Below, one piece after another: positions 16,498 to 25,958 of a DNA stretch of 25,989 nucleotides. The notes under the pieces were generated by a model. It saw nothing but the letters and a program-made list of their open reading frames with translations, had not been told where the DNA came from and made no database searches. Position 1 is the first letter of the stretch. Each line of letters starts with the position of its first letter. The DNA comes from Pseudomonadota bacterium. GTDB taxonomy: Bacteria; Myxococcota_A; Polyangia; Polyangiales; Polyangiaceae. Both the position numbers and the translations under genes were made by a program. The stretch is from the NCBI GenBank assembly GCA_023398955.1, contig JAEWRL010000172.1, positions 1 to 25,989 of the forward strand, read 5' to 3'.

Positions 16498-17352
16498 TTA
16501 TGGGTGTCCAGGGCGGTGCTTGCCTGCTTCGAGCCAGTTCACGACTTCAGGAACTCGCGAGGGCGATCGACCGCAGTGAGGGCGGGTGCGGCGCATGGAC
16601 CATCGCGAGCAAACACAGCGCACGCCATGGCCTCCTGCGCGAGCGCTGAGCCGCGTCGCTGCCCGATGCAACGCCATGTCCAGGAGTGCTTCCGCGCCAG
16701 TAGGCTCCGCCGCCGCGGAGACCATCGGGCCCGGCGAGGGTGGCGGCTGCGACTGCGGGAACGGATGCCCTGCCGACCTGGTCGGCCTCATCATGGCGCT
16801 GCGCATCTGCTCGGTGAGGGTCGTGAGATTCCCCGGCGAATGCGGGATTAGGATCGCGTTGGTCCGGGAGGATGACCCAATCTCCTTGAGCATGTCGAAA
16901 TACTGCGTCATGAGCACTAGGTTCATCACGTCCTTGGCAGTGGTGCCGGGGACGGACCTCCGAAACTCGTCCACCGAATCCCTGAGGCCAGCGACGATCG
17001 CCTGCCGTTGATCAGCGATCCCTTGGCCTTGAAGCGCCTTGCTCTGCGCGTCGCCCTCAGCCGCCTTGACGCGGAGGACTCGATCAGCCTCCCCCCTCTC
17101 CGTCGCGGCGACGTCGAGCTGCTGGACCCGGAGGTTGACGCGGCCCACGACCCGGTCCACAAGCGGGAGCTTCCACTGGATCCCTGCGCCAGCCTCGCGC
17201 GTGAACCTGCCTAGTCGTTGAACAATCGCTGCGGTGCGTCGCTCGACGGTGAAGAAGGTAGCGCCGACCAACGCCACGAGCGCGAGACCCGTCGCAGCGA
17301 GGACCAGGAGCAGAATTGGAGTCCCCGATGACATCATCTGTGCCTCAAGCAT
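16498..17352 (-). CDS. SPFH/band-7 (stomatin/HflC-like) family membrane protein, divergent
   Basis: The N-terminal TM anchor is [30 protein letters not shown] and the C-terminal [30 protein letters not shown] resemble the SPFH start and the AEGEA...A C-terminal blocks. The SPFH core appears shortened. Start alternatives are ATG 17352 (MLEAQ), or ATG ATG at 17337/17334 (MMSSG), which is preceded by GAGG. Confidence 0.5.
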   Translation of the reverse strand: MLEAQMMSSGTPILLLVLAATGLALVALVGATFFTVERRTAAIVQRLGRFTREAGAGIQWKLPLVDRVVGRVNLRVQQLDVAATERGEADRVLRVKAAEGDAQSKALQGQGIADQRQAIVAGLRDSVDEFRRSVPGTTAKDVMNLVLMTQYFDMLKEIGSSSRTNAILIPHSPGNLTTLTEQMRSAMMRPTRSAGHPFPQSQPPPSPGPMVSAAAEPTGAEALLDMALHRAATRLSARAGGHGVRCVCSRWSMRRTRPHCGRSPSRVPEVVNWLEAGKHRPGHP

Positions 17353-17363
17353 ATTACGTGCCA
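17349..17363 (-). promoter_or_regulatory. Candidate sigma-54 (RpoN) -24/-12 promoter TGGCACGTAATATGC reading toward the SPFH-pirin genes
   Basis: The minus strand reads TGGCAC-GTAAT-ATGC, against the consensus TGGCAC-N5-TTGC, with exact GG-N10-GC spacing and one mismatch in the -12 element. It lies in the divergent intergenic region next to a sigma-54 activator gene. The predicted TSS falls near the ATG ATG at 17337/17334. Confidence 0.4.
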
Positions 17364-17445
17364 GGCAGTTATTGCTAAATGCATTAGAGGATATTGTTCC
17401 GAGCACCGGGAATGCGGAATTCAATATGGTGCGCTCCAAGTCAAT

Positions 17446-19131
17446 TTGATGTACATACGCGAGGTGAAGGCGACGGACCTCAATACCCACGAACTGCTAG
17501 AGCTGGATCCCGACGGCGGAGTCATCCGATTCGCGGGGCAACGCGCCCTGCTCATCGATGCGGTCGCGATGGGGCTCCTACGGAAGTACCTGGTCGGGAA
17601 CTTTGGGTTCACCGCTGCACGAACGGTGCTCACCCAGTTTGGGTTCGCCCACGGCTGGAGAATGGCCGACGCGATCCGGGATCAGTTCAAGTGGGCAACC
17701 GCCGAGGAGTGGCGTCGCGCTGGGCCTCGGCTCAATGCCCTCGAGGGTCTCTTTCGGCTTGCTCCATGTGGCAAGGATGCCCTCGCCGAAGGGGGGGCAA
17801 CGCTCGTCGAGTCCTACGAGGCAGAGCAACATCTGCTGCACTTCGGTCGTTCGGACACTGCAGCCTGTTGGACAATCAGCGGGCTCATGAGCGGATACCT
17901 CAGTCGCACGCAGGAGGCGGAGGTCTATGTGCTGGAGGACAAGTGCATCGCCCGTGGGGACGCTGCCTGCCGCCACTTGGCGCGAAAGCGCGACGAGTGG
18001 GGCGTCGCGCACGTCGAAGCGCTGCGCTTCTTCGAATCAGGAAGACTGAAGGAGAGCCTCGATGCTTCGCTACACCGAGTGGCAGACACCCTGAAGGCTG
18101 CCGAAGAAGCCCTCCAGGCGCGACGCCACGCCATCATCGCGGTAGCTCAAGAGGCCTATGAGCCCCTGGGCCTGGTGGCGAAGAGCTCTGCGATGCGAGA
18201 TGCTGTCGACCTGGCGAGGCGCGTAGCCAAGGTCGACTCGACGATCCTGATTACGGGAGAGAGCGGCTCCGGGAAGGAGCGTATCGCGCGCTTGGTGCAT
18301 TCCGAGTCGATGCGCGCGGGGGGCCCGTTCGTCGCCGTCAACTGCGGGGCTATCACCGAGACGCTCCTGGAGAGCGAGCTCTTTGGTCATGTGCGCGGTG
18401 CATTCACGGGGGCGTCTCATGACCGACCAGGCCTGTTCGAGGCCGCAAACCATGGCACCCTGCTCCTCGACGAGCTGGGAGACATATCGGCGGGTATGCA
18501 AGTCAAGCTCTTGCGCGTGCTGCAGGAACGCGAGGTTCGGCGGGTTGGGGACAACAAGAACCGGTCCGTCGACGTGCGGGTGCTTGCTGCGACGAACCGC
18601 GACTTATCCAGCAGAGTCGCCGAAGGCCATTTTCGCGAGGATCTGTACTATCGCGTCAAGGTGGTGGAGATTCGCGTCCCGCCGCTTCGCGAGCGTCGAG
18701 AGGATCTTCTCGTCCTTGCCCGTGTATTGCTCGCAGAGGCAGCCATACGGCTGAAGCGCGCGATCACGGGGCTATCCCCAGCCTCGGCAGATCAGATCCT
18801 GCGGTACGAGTGGCCTGGCAATGTCCGCGAGCTGGAGAATGCGATGGAGCGTGCGGTCGTGCTGGCGCGCAGCAATCGTGTCGAAGTGGAGGATCTCCCG
18901 GAGGAGGTTCGCGAAGGCTTCCCCGGACCCGGCGTGCCAGGCGGCATGGTTCGGCCGCTCGAGCAGATCGAGAGAGAGTACATCTTAGCAGCGATGCAGC
19001 TGAATGGCGGCAACCAGATGCTGACCGCGAAACAACTCGGGATTGGGTCAGCGACGCTCTACCGCCGGCTCAAGCGCTATGGTCTCATCGCGGACAGAAC
19101 AGCGACGACGCGGTCCGAACAAGGTAGCTGA
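17446..19131 (+). CDS. Sigma-54-dependent transcriptional activator (bEBP) with an XylR/DmpR-type N-terminal effector (XylR_N/V4R-like) domain, an AAA+ sigma-54 interaction domain and a C-terminal Fis-type HTH
   Basis: The N-terminal domain ([52 protein letters not shown]) resembles the XylR/DmpR A-domain. Walker A is [23 protein letters not shown] is the sigma-54 contact (GAFTGA) motif. ESELFGH and the arginine fingers are present. The C-terminal [22 protein letters not shown] is an HTH. The first in-frame start is TTG 17446, immediately followed by ATG 17449. Confidence 0.85.
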   Translation: MMYIREVKATDLNTHELLELDPDGGVIRFAGQRALLIDAVAMGLLRKYLVGNFGFTAARTVLTQFGFAHGWRMADAIRDQFKWATAEEWRRAGPRLNALEGLFRLAPCGKDALAEGGATLVESYEAEQHLLHFGRSDTAACWTISGLMSGYLSRTQEAEVYVLEDKCIARGDAACRHLARKRDEWGVAHVEALRFFESGRLKESLDASLHRVADTLKAAEEALQARRHAIIAVAQEAYEPLGLVAKSSAMRDAVDLARRVAKVDSTILITGESGSGKERIARLVHSESMRAGGPFVAVNCGAITETLLESELFGHVRGAFTGASHDRPGLFEAANHGTLLLDELGDISAGMQVKLLRVLQEREVRRVGDNKNRSVDVRVLAATNRDLSSRVAEGHFREDLYYRVKVVEIRVPPLRERREDLLVLARVLLAEAAIRLKRAITGLSPASADQILRYEWPGNVRELENAMERAVVLARSNRVEVEDLPEEVREGFPGPGVPGGMVRPLEQIEREYILAAMQLNGGNQMLTAKQLGIGSATLYRRLKRYGLIADRTATTRSEQGS

Positions 19132-19144
19132 GGGGTCAGCATCC

Positions 19145-22100
19145 TCACATTGACTGCTGCGGGGGAGCGGGCTCGGAGTGGTCGGCCATTGACGCGGCCA
19201 ACGTGGCGACCACGGACGCCAGCCGAGCTGTGTCGACCGGCTTCGAGACGTGCAGCTGAAACCCAGCGTCCAGCGAACGGCGTTGGTCGTCATGGCTCGC
19301 CAGCGCGGAGAGCGCGGCAGCAGGTACGCTTCCGCCTTGCTCGGGCGCAAGATGCCGCACCCGTCGTATAAAGCTGAGCCCGTCCTCGCCGGGCATTGCG
19401 ATGTCTGACAAGAGAACGTCGGGGTGGAACTGGCTCAGCACCGCCATGGCCCGCGTCGTCGAGGGCACCGCCCGCACCTCCGTCCCAAGGTGGACGAGCA
19501 TCGCGGCATACGCCTCGCGGGTATCATCGTCATCCTCGACCAAGAGAACCCGCAGTCCTCCGATGCTTCGCGCGACCGAAGGCGGGTCCGGGGGTGGCGG
19601 GACCGCGGAAGGGGTGCCTATCGGGAGCGTGACGCGGAACGTCGCTCCCTTGCCCTCACCCGAGCTCTCGGCAGTCACTGCGCCTCCATGAACCTCCACC
19701 AGGTGTCGGACGATCGAGAGCCCGAGCCCGAGCCCCCCGTGAGTCCGCGTCATTGCGCCATCCGCTTGAACGAACCTGTGGAAGAGTCGTGGCAGGACCT
19801 CCGCGGAGATGCCTAGGCCGGTATCAACAACGGTAAGCTCGACGTGATCGACCTTGCTCGCGAGGCGCACCCAGACGTGACCACCCGAAGGAGTGAATTT
19901 GATGGCGTTCGTGAGCAGATTGTTCACCACCTGAAGCAGGCGCGCTTCGTCCCCCTCCAAAGCACCGACTGGGCCCTCGACGGAGAGATCTAGCTCCACC
20001 CCTTTTGCTAGCGCCGAGGGACGAGCAACCTCGACCGCGTCACGCGTTACGACTGCGAAGTCTACCGGGGCCAGGTCGAGCACCAGCTTGCGGGATACGA
20101 TGCGGGATACATCGAGCAAGTCGTCGATGAGCCGCGCCTGAGCGTTTGCAGCACGCTCGATCGCGGCGCTGGGCTTCTCGATACTCGGGGTGTCTGCGGC
20201 GCGCTGCCTGAGAAGCTGTGCGGACATCAAGATGGTGCTGAGTGGGGTGCGCAGCTCGTGAGACAGCGTGGCCAAGAACAGGTCCTTCGCGCGGGTGGCG
20301 CGCTCCGCCTCGAGGCGTGCTTGCGTTTCGGAGGCCAGAAGCTCGTCGCGCTCCGTCTCGAGGGCGCGCAGCGAAGTCACGTCTTCGATGGCGAGCAACG
20401 CCATGGGCGCCCCTCCTCCCCACAGAATCGGTCGACAGCTGAGCGAGAGGGCCCGCCGGCCCTCGTGGGAATCCGCTTCCAGTTCCATCGCGACGAACCC
20501 CGCGTTCTGCTCGATCACTCCCTTCAAAGCGTCTCCGAGGGCTGGCTGGCTCCAGAACCCACCGCTCAGCTCCACGAGGGAGGTGCCCTCGACCGCCGTC
20601 TGCGAGAGGGCGAAGGAGCTATAGAATGCGCTATTCGCAGACACGACGTGGAGCTCTGAATCCAGGACGACGAGGGCCGACCTGACAGTCTCCACGATGC
20701 TCCTAGCGTAGTCGCGCGCTCCCTCAGCGGCCTGGATCGCCCGCCTGAGGGCGTCTACGTCTACGAAGGAAAGGACGGCCCCGCCAGGCTTCTCATCGGA
20801 AGCATGATACGGCCGAATTTGCATCCGATACCACCGCCCCGCTCTCCCCTGGACCTCCCATTCTCGAGGTTCCAGGCATTCCAGGACGGTTCTTATCCTG
20901 CTATCGAGGTCCTGGACGTCAATCTTGAGTTTGAGGTCGTCGATGGAGCGCCCCACATCCTCCGGGATGAAGTGCGCGATGTCCCCGACGCTGGGCGTGA
21001 AGCGCCGCACCCGAAGGTCCAGATCGACGATGATCATGGGGATCTTCACGCTGGCCAGGACGTTGACGAGGTCGCTGGCGACCTGATCGAGCTCCAGATT
21101 GCGATGGCGGAGCTGGTCGTTCACCGTGGTGAGCTCCTCGTTGGTGGACTGGAGCTCCTCTTTCGCGCTCTGGAGCTCCTCGTTGGTGCTTTGCAGCTCC
21201 TCGTTGGCCGCAACGAGCTCTTCGTTGGTCGCGGCCAGCTCGTCTGTGGTCGACTCGTGCTCGGACATCAGGGACTGGAGGTAGTCCTTGGTCGCGGTGA
21301 GCTCCGCCTTGACGCGCCCCGCTTCCCTCACGTGTTCGTCATTCGGCGCCGCCGCCATCTCGTGCGCCGTGGCGTTTGGTTCGTCAACAACGCCTGCCGC
21401 GCCGCTGGGCTCAAAGAGAATGAGATAATAGCTCTCGGCAGCGTTGCTGGCGGCCGCGAGCGGCACGACCTCCACATCGACGACCTGCACGTGCGAGCCG
21501 AGCTGGAACCGTAATCCAGCCTTTCGGACGGCCACTGCCTCACTGTGTGCTTGCTCGAGCGCCTCATGCAGGTAGGTTGCCAAGGCCCCTCGCGCCATTC
21601 GCAACACGTTGGCCTGCGGGTGCCCGGGCGGGGGCTCGAGGTACATCCCCGTCCGCCCGCGAAACTGCACGATCTCGAATCGACGGTTCACGATGACGCC
21701 GGGCGGGGCGTACCGCGTCAGCATCAGATAGTCGGCCTGCCGTTGCGCTTCCCGCGCGTTCTGTCGTCGCTCAGGGGCGCGCCTCTCTGTAGGCCTGACC
21801 TCGGGACCTCGATCTACCCGCAGCGGATGCGACGGGCGTGTGCTCACTCCCGATTTCACGAGGATTCGGTGCTCCTTGTCGACGTCGTCGAAGAGATCGC
21901 GAAACCCCAGGATCGTCTCGCTCTTGCCGAGAAACAGGAAACCTCCGGGGTTCAGGCAGTAGTGTAGCATCGGAACGACACGCCGCTGTAGCTCGGTGTC
22001 GAAGTAGATGAGAACGTTGCGGCAGCTGATCAGGTCGAGCTTGGCGAAGGGGGGGTCGCGGTTCAGGTCGTGCTTGACGAAGACGCGGCGCTCACGAACG

Positions 22101-23278
22101 TGCGAAGCGATTCGATAGCCTCCTTCAGCCGTCTCGAAGAAGCGCGCAAGCCTTTCGGACGAGACCTCGGCGAGGGCCGACGCTGGGTAGGTGCCCAACC
22201 GCGCTACTTCGATGGCTTCATCGCAAAGGTCGGTGCCGAAAACCTTGACGGAGAGCTGCTCTTCCTTCCCATCCAGGGACTCCAGCAGACACATCGCTAG
22301 GGCATAGGCTTCCTCGCCCGTGGCGCATCCAGGGACCCAGATCCGAATCGAAGCGTCTGGCCCCATTCGCTTGGCGAGGTTCTGGAACACCGGCTCCCTC
22401 AGAGCCTCGAAGGCGGCGGGGTCCCGAAAGAACGCCGTGACACGGATCAGCATGTCCTGAGCAAGCGCGAGTCCTTCCGTGGCGTCGTTCTCCAGCGCAT
22501 TGGCGTAGTCGCTGATGGCAGTGAGCTGACGCAGAGCCATACGGCGCTCGATGCGGCGCAGGAGGGTGGTTCGCTTGTAGCCACTGAAGTCGATGTTGGC
22601 GTGCTGACGCAGGTAACCAAGAATCAAAGCCAGCCCCGGCTCGTCTCCCGTGCCCGTGTCCGGAGGTTCGACCTCGGCGCAGCCGACGGTGACGTAAGGG
22701 TGGCAACTCAGGCGCGTCAGTTCGTTTGCGATGTCCTCCGGACTGCCGCGAAAGTCGACGAGGCCGGCCGTGATCGCGGCCTCGGGCATACTTGGGAACT
22801 GAGCGGTGGCCGGGTCCTGAGCAATGGTAATGCCGCCCTCTGCCTTGATTGCTCGGAGGCCTTCGGTGCCGTCTGCTCCCGAGCCGGAGAGGACGACCCC
22901 AATGGCATGCTTTCTCGCGTCTCTTGCTAATGCCTGGAAGAAAGAGTCAATGGGCAGGTGGAGCCGCCCCGTCCTTTGCCTAGGAACCAGGGTGAGTAGC
23001 CCCTCTCGTACGGTGAGATCGGCGTCGGAGGGAATGACATGAACGCGGTTCGGCTCCAGCGCCATACCGCTGGTCGCCTCAACGACGGGGAGCGCCGTCG
23101 CTCCTTCGAGGATGCTCGTCAGCATGCTGGGCCGTTCTGGGTCCAGGTGCTGGATCACGACGAAGGCCATTCCAGATTGTTCAGGTACCCGCGATAGCAG
23201 ATGTCGCAGAGGCTCCAGCCCGCCTGCCGACGCCCCGAGCGCCACAACGGGAAGCGGCGCGGCAGACCGTTCCGCCAT
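19145..23278 (-). CDS. Multidomain signalling protein: CheB methylesterase, CheR methyltransferase, NEEL-heptad coiled coil, PAS domains, HisKA plus HATPase histidine kinase, and a C-terminal receiver (REC)
   Basis: The CheB catalytic domain is PVVALGASAGGLEPL...VVIQHLDP...VVLSGSGADGTEG. The CheR SAM-binding region is IRIWVPGCATGEEAYALAM...LISCRNVLIYFD. Heptad repeats run TNEELVAANEELQSTNEELQSAKEELQSTNEEL. The H-box is ATLSHELRTPLSTI. The N/G boxes are LLTNAIKFTPSGG and VVDTGLGIS...GGLGLGLSIV. The REC domain is RVLLVEDDDDTRE...DVLLSDIAMPGEDG. I set the start at ATG 23278 (MAERS); the ORF is open up to 23380. Confidence 0.85.
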   Translation of the reverse strand: MAERSAAPLPVVALGASAGGLEPLRHLLSRVPEQSGMAFVVIQHLDPERPSMLTSILEGATALPVVEATSGMALEPNRVHVIPSDADLTVREGLLTLVPRQRTGRLHLPIDSFFQALARDARKHAIGVVLSGSGADGTEGLRAIKAEGGITIAQDPATAQFPSMPEAAITAGLVDFRGSPEDIANELTRLSCHPYVTVGCAEVEPPDTGTGDEPGLALILGYLRQHANIDFSGYKRTTLLRRIERRMALRQLTAISDYANALENDATEGLALAQDMLIRVTAFFRDPAAFEALREPVFQNLAKRMGPDASIRIWVPGCATGEEAYALAMCLLESLDGKEEQLSVKVFGTDLCDEAIEVARLGTYPASALAEVSSERLARFFETAEGGYRIASHVRERRVFVKHDLNRDPPFAKLDLISCRNVLIYFDTELQRRVVPMLHYCLNPGGFLFLGKSETILGFRDLFDDVDKEHRILVKSGVSTRPSHPLRVDRGPEVRPTERRAPERRQNAREAQRQADYLMLTRYAPPGVIVNRRFEIVQFRGRTGMYLEPPPGHPQANVLRMARGALATYLHEALEQAHSEAVAVRKAGLRFQLGSHVQVVDVEVVPLAAASNAAESYYLILFEPSGAAGVVDEPNATAHEMAAAPNDEHVREAGRVKAELTATKDYLQSLMSEHESTTDELAATNEELVAANEELQSTNEELQSAKEELQSTNEELTTVNDQLRHRNLELDQVASDLVNVLASVKIPMIIVDLDLRVRRFTPSVGDIAHFIPEDVGRSIDDLKLKIDVQDLDSRIRTVLECLEPREWEVQGRAGRWYRMQIRPYHASDEKPGGAVLSFVDVDALRRAIQAAEGARDYARSIVETVRSALVVLDSELHVVSANSAFYSSFALSQTAVEGTSLVELSGGFWSQPALGDALKGVIEQNAGFVAMELEADSHEGRRALSLSCRPILWGGGAPMALLAIEDVTSLRALETERDELLASETQARLEAERATRAKDLFLATLSHELRTPLSTILMSAQLLRQRAADTPSIEKPSAAIERAANAQARLIDDLLDVSRIVSRKLVLDLAPVDFAVVTRDAVEVARPSALAKGVELDLSVEGPVGALEGDEARLLQVVNNLLTNAIKFTPSGGHVWVRLASKVDHVELTVVDTGLGISAEVLPRLFHRFVQADGAMTRTHGGLGLGLSIVRHLVEVHGGAVTAESSGEGKGATFRVTLPIGTPSAVPPPPDPPSVARSIGGLRVLLVEDDDDTREAYAAMLVHLGTEVRAVPSTTRAMAVLSQFHPDVLLSDIAMPGEDGLSFIRRVRHLAPEQGGSVPAAALSALASHDDQRRSLDAGFQLHVSKPVDTARLASVVATLAASMADHSEPAPPQQSM

Positions 23279-23609
23279 GCGGTCCGGCGCTGCGTCCTGA
23301 TCGCGGGCTCGTGGCCCTTCGTGTTGGTGCTCTGTCACTATGCTCCAAAGTCCGATCGCGTCGTGACGCTGCAGAAGCATACCGGCAGAACACGAACACG
23401 GTGCGACTCATTCAAGCGCAAGAGCCGCGCCACCGTACTCATCCGGCAGGACCTGCACACACTGACGATGTCGGGTGTGACGACGCGCTGACCGGCGGGA
23501 GGTGAGAACGAGCGACAGCGCTCCTTTGAGCGAAAGGTGACAGGTGCGCGCGACTCCTAAGGATTCTGCGCCCATGGCTAGACGGTTCCCGACGCGGGCT
23601 CGAACCCCG

Positions 23610-23639
23610 GCGAGTCATACTAGATGGACTCGCCGGCTG
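23610..23639 (-). terminator. GC-rich hairpin (10-bp perfect stem CCGGCGAGTC/GACTCGCCGG with a 10-nt loop) about 30 nt downstream of the GH11 gene; a possible intrinsic terminator without a U-tract
   Basis: The inverted repeat can be read directly. It sits between the GH11 stop (23671) and the kinase start. Confidence 0.3.
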
Positions 23640-23670
23640 CGCCGGCCAAGTGGCTTGTCGTTGCTGCGGC

Positions 23671-25086
23671 CTACTGGCTCGTCGTGACGTTTGCGACGGG
23701 GAAGTCAACCTGACCTTGGCCGGCCGCGGCCTCGACGACGATCTTGACCTCGAGGAGGTTCCCCAGCTGCCACCCTTGCGCAGCCCACACATCGAAGTGG
23801 TCGGAGACGGTGATGGTTCCGCACCGGCTCCCTTCCAATCGGATGCTGTAGAACTGATCCCAGCTCGCAGCGCCGCCGCATCGGTCGCCACCGGTCCCGG
23901 ACGTGCGACGATAGACGAGGTTGTAGGTGCCTCCGTCGACCTCCGCTGTGCCAACGGGGCGATCACCCGTGTTGAACGGCATCTGATGGAACGAGTCTTC
24001 AACGATGTACCATTCGACGCATGGGTTCACCGACCACCCATAAATGCCGAGGTATGAGTACTGTCCCGCAGTTCCCGACTTATTCCACACGTAGTCAGCC
24101 TTGATCGTTCCGTACTCGGCGTATGGCTTGCCGCTGTTCCCCCATTCGAAGCCCATGCGGCCGAGGTAGTCTCCCGAGTTGTTCCAGGAAGCAGTGAACG
24201 CGGTAATACCGTCATAGGTGATCAGGTTTCCGGGTCCCCCATTCGTCCAGATCTGCCAGGCAAGGTTGCCCGAGCCGCCCTGAGCCCAAGTATTCGAGTG
24301 CTGAGTACCGCCAGAGGTCGGCATCGTGGCGTCGCAGTCGACCACGACGCCGGTGTCGCCCCCCGTACCCGTACCCCCAGCACCCGCCCCCGCGGCGCCG
24401 CCAGTGTCCGAGCCGCCCATGCTTGCACCGCCCGTGCTTGCACCGCCGGTACCCGTACCGCCCGTGCCAGCACCTCCCATCCCAGCGCCCCCCGCGCCTG
24501 TCGAGCCGCAGCGCCCGCAACTCTCGTCACAGAAGCCGCCCTGGATCATCCAGTCCGATGCGCATTCCTGGGTATCGCTCGCCCACTGGTCGCAAGTCGC
24601 TTCATCCCAGTCCGTTCCCGTGGGACGGACGTTTGTGCAGCTCGCGTTGGAGCCACCCGAGCTTGTGCCGCCGGAGCTGGAGCCGCCCATGCTCGCGCCG
24701 CCCATGCTCGCGCCGCCGGAGCTGGAGCCGCCCATGCTCGTGCCGCCGGAGCTGGAGCCACCCGAGCTTGTGCCGCCGGAGCTGGAGCCGCCCATGCTCG
24801 CGCCGCCGGAGCTGGAGCCGCCCATGCTCGCGCCGCCGGAGCTGGAGCCGCCCATGCTCGCGCCGCCGGTGTTTGCGCCCCCGCTGCCCGGACCGCCCGT
24901 CGAGGTGCCTCCCGAGGGCTGCGTCCCGCCGCTCCCATTGAGATCGCCGCCCGAGTGTATCAGCCCAGAGCCGCCAGTCTGAGAGGAACCGGCCGCACCC
25001 GGGATCTGACCATCACCCTCTGCGGAGCAGCCAGCGGCAGCGAAAAGCCAAGAGAGCACGACTATCTTCAGCGGAGCAGAACGCAT
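23671..25086 (-). CDS. Secreted glycoside hydrolase family 11 endo-1,4-beta-xylanase with an N-terminal Gly/Ser-repeat linker and a small 6-Cys module
   Basis: The C-terminal roughly 200 aa match the GH11 jelly-roll: YLGIYGWSVNPCVEWYIVEDS (cf. YLAVYGW..NPLIEYYIVE), GTAEVDGGTYNLVYRRT (cf. GTV.SDGGTYDIY.T.R), FDQFYSIRLEGSRCGTITVSDHFDVWAAQGWQLG (cf. F.QYWSVRQ.KR..GTIT..NHF.AW...G..LG). The N-terminus MRSAPLKIVVLSWLFAAAGCSAEG is a signal or lipoprotein signal. AGAGG lies 8 nt upstream of the ATG. Confidence 0.85.
   Translation of the reverse strand: MRSAPLKIVVLSWLFAAAGCSAEGDGQIPGAAGSSQTGGSGLIHSGGDLNGSGGTQPSGGTSTGGPGSGGANTGGASMGGSSSGGASMGGSSSGGASMGGSSSGGTSSGGSSSGGTSMGGSSSGGASMGGASMGGSSSGGTSSGGSNASCTNVRPTGTDWDEATCDQWASDTQECASDWMIQGGFCDESCGRCGSTGAGGAGMGGAGTGGTGTGGASTGGASMGGSDTGGAAGAGAGGTGTGGDTGVVVDCDATMPTSGGTQHSNTWAQGGSGNLAWQIWTNGGPGNLITYDGITAFTASWNNSGDYLGRMGFEWGNSGKPYAEYGTIKADYVWNKSGTAGQYSYLGIYGWSVNPCVEWYIVEDSFHQMPFNTGDRPVGTAEVDGGTYNLVYRRTSGTGGDRCGGAASWDQFYSIRLEGSRCGTITVSDHFDVWAAQGWQLGNLLEVKIVVEAAAGQGQVDFPVANVTTSQ
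24650..24875. repeat. Tandem 30-bp (10-aa) repeats, about 6 to 7 copies with one 45-bp variant, inside the GH11 linker
   Basis: ggagctggagccgcccatgctcgcgccgcc recurs at about 24673, 24718, 24748, 24778, 24808 and 24838. On the minus strand it encodes GGASMGGSSS / GGTSSGGSSS. The antisense frame yields the proline-rich PPELEPPMLA shadow ORF. Confidence 0.85.
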
Positions 25087-25604
25087 CGAAAAACCTCTGT
25101 TGTCGGCGAGGGGGCATCCTCGGAGGGGGGAGAAGCGACCACGCTAGTCACCATACTAGCGCAGCCCGGGGCACGAAGGGATGAACAACAGTGCCCGATG
25201 GGCATCGATCTCACGCAGAGTAATTCCCGTCGAGCGGGCATTTTTGCCTCCTCTCGGTCTGGCCGTGCTCGCGATTACCATCAGGCCAGTATCTTGCGGT
25301 TGCGATGTAACCGTGGCCGTCCGCCAGCGTGACAACGAGGCTCCTCGTGCCCGTTCTGCGGTGTCGCTGTCGTGCATGCAGATCTGCGATCTCGGAGTTC
25401 CACGGCAACGATGCAGTTAAGGTTGGCCATGACGCCCAGCGATCCGTCACCGCAGATGGGCGTTCGGGATCGTGTAGTGAGCAGGTCATCTCCGTCACCC
25501 GCAGAGCCATCCTTGTCCGGGTTGTCACCCAAGCACCTAGGGCCTGTCCCTGAATGCGGTTGGCTCTTCCGTAAACGTGCCCGTGCCCGTGCCGATAGCT
25601 GAGC

Positions 25605-25958
25605 ATGGAACTGGCTCATGAAAAGCTCGACGTTTGCCAACTTTCTCTCGATTTCGTCGTTCTGGCCAATGACGTCGTCGAGGGTCTTCCGCGCGGGAGG
25701 GGGCATCTGGCCGACCAGCTCGCGCGGGCATCAACATCGGTGGTGCTGAATCTGGCGGAGGGCGCAGGCAAGCACTCCAAGCCGGACAAGCGGCGGTTCT
25801 ACTTGATGGCACGAGGCTCGGCGACAGAATCCGCCGTACTACTCGACGTGTGCCTGCGCCTGAACTTGCTCGAACAGGAGCAACACCAGGCAGGTAAGGA
25901 GATGGTCGTGCGCATTGTTTCGATGCTCATCAAGCTCGCGCAGAGCTGCGAGATGTGA
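25605..25958 (+). CDS. Four-helix-bundle protein (TIGR02436 / 23S rRNA intervening-sequence protein family)
   Basis: The 117-aa helical protein LARASTSVVLNLAEGAGKHSKPDKRRFYLMARGSATESAVLLDVCLRLNLL carries the family's hallmark GSxxE...L motif. This family is expanded in myxobacteria and Bacteroidetes. Confidence 0.8.
   Translation: MELAHEKLDVCQLSLDFVVLANDVVEGLPRGRGHLADQLARASTSVVLNLAEGAGKHSKPDKRRFYLMARGSATESAVLLDVCLRLNLLEQEQHQAGKEMVVRIVSMLIKLAQSCEM

Noticed and set aside
23590-23612. tRNA-like T-arm/T-loop motif (GGGGTTCGAGCCC on the minus strand)
   Set aside because: No complementary acceptor stem, D-arm or anticodon arm could be assembled. The motif is flanked by, and partly belongs to, the 10-bp hairpin downstream of the GH11 gene.
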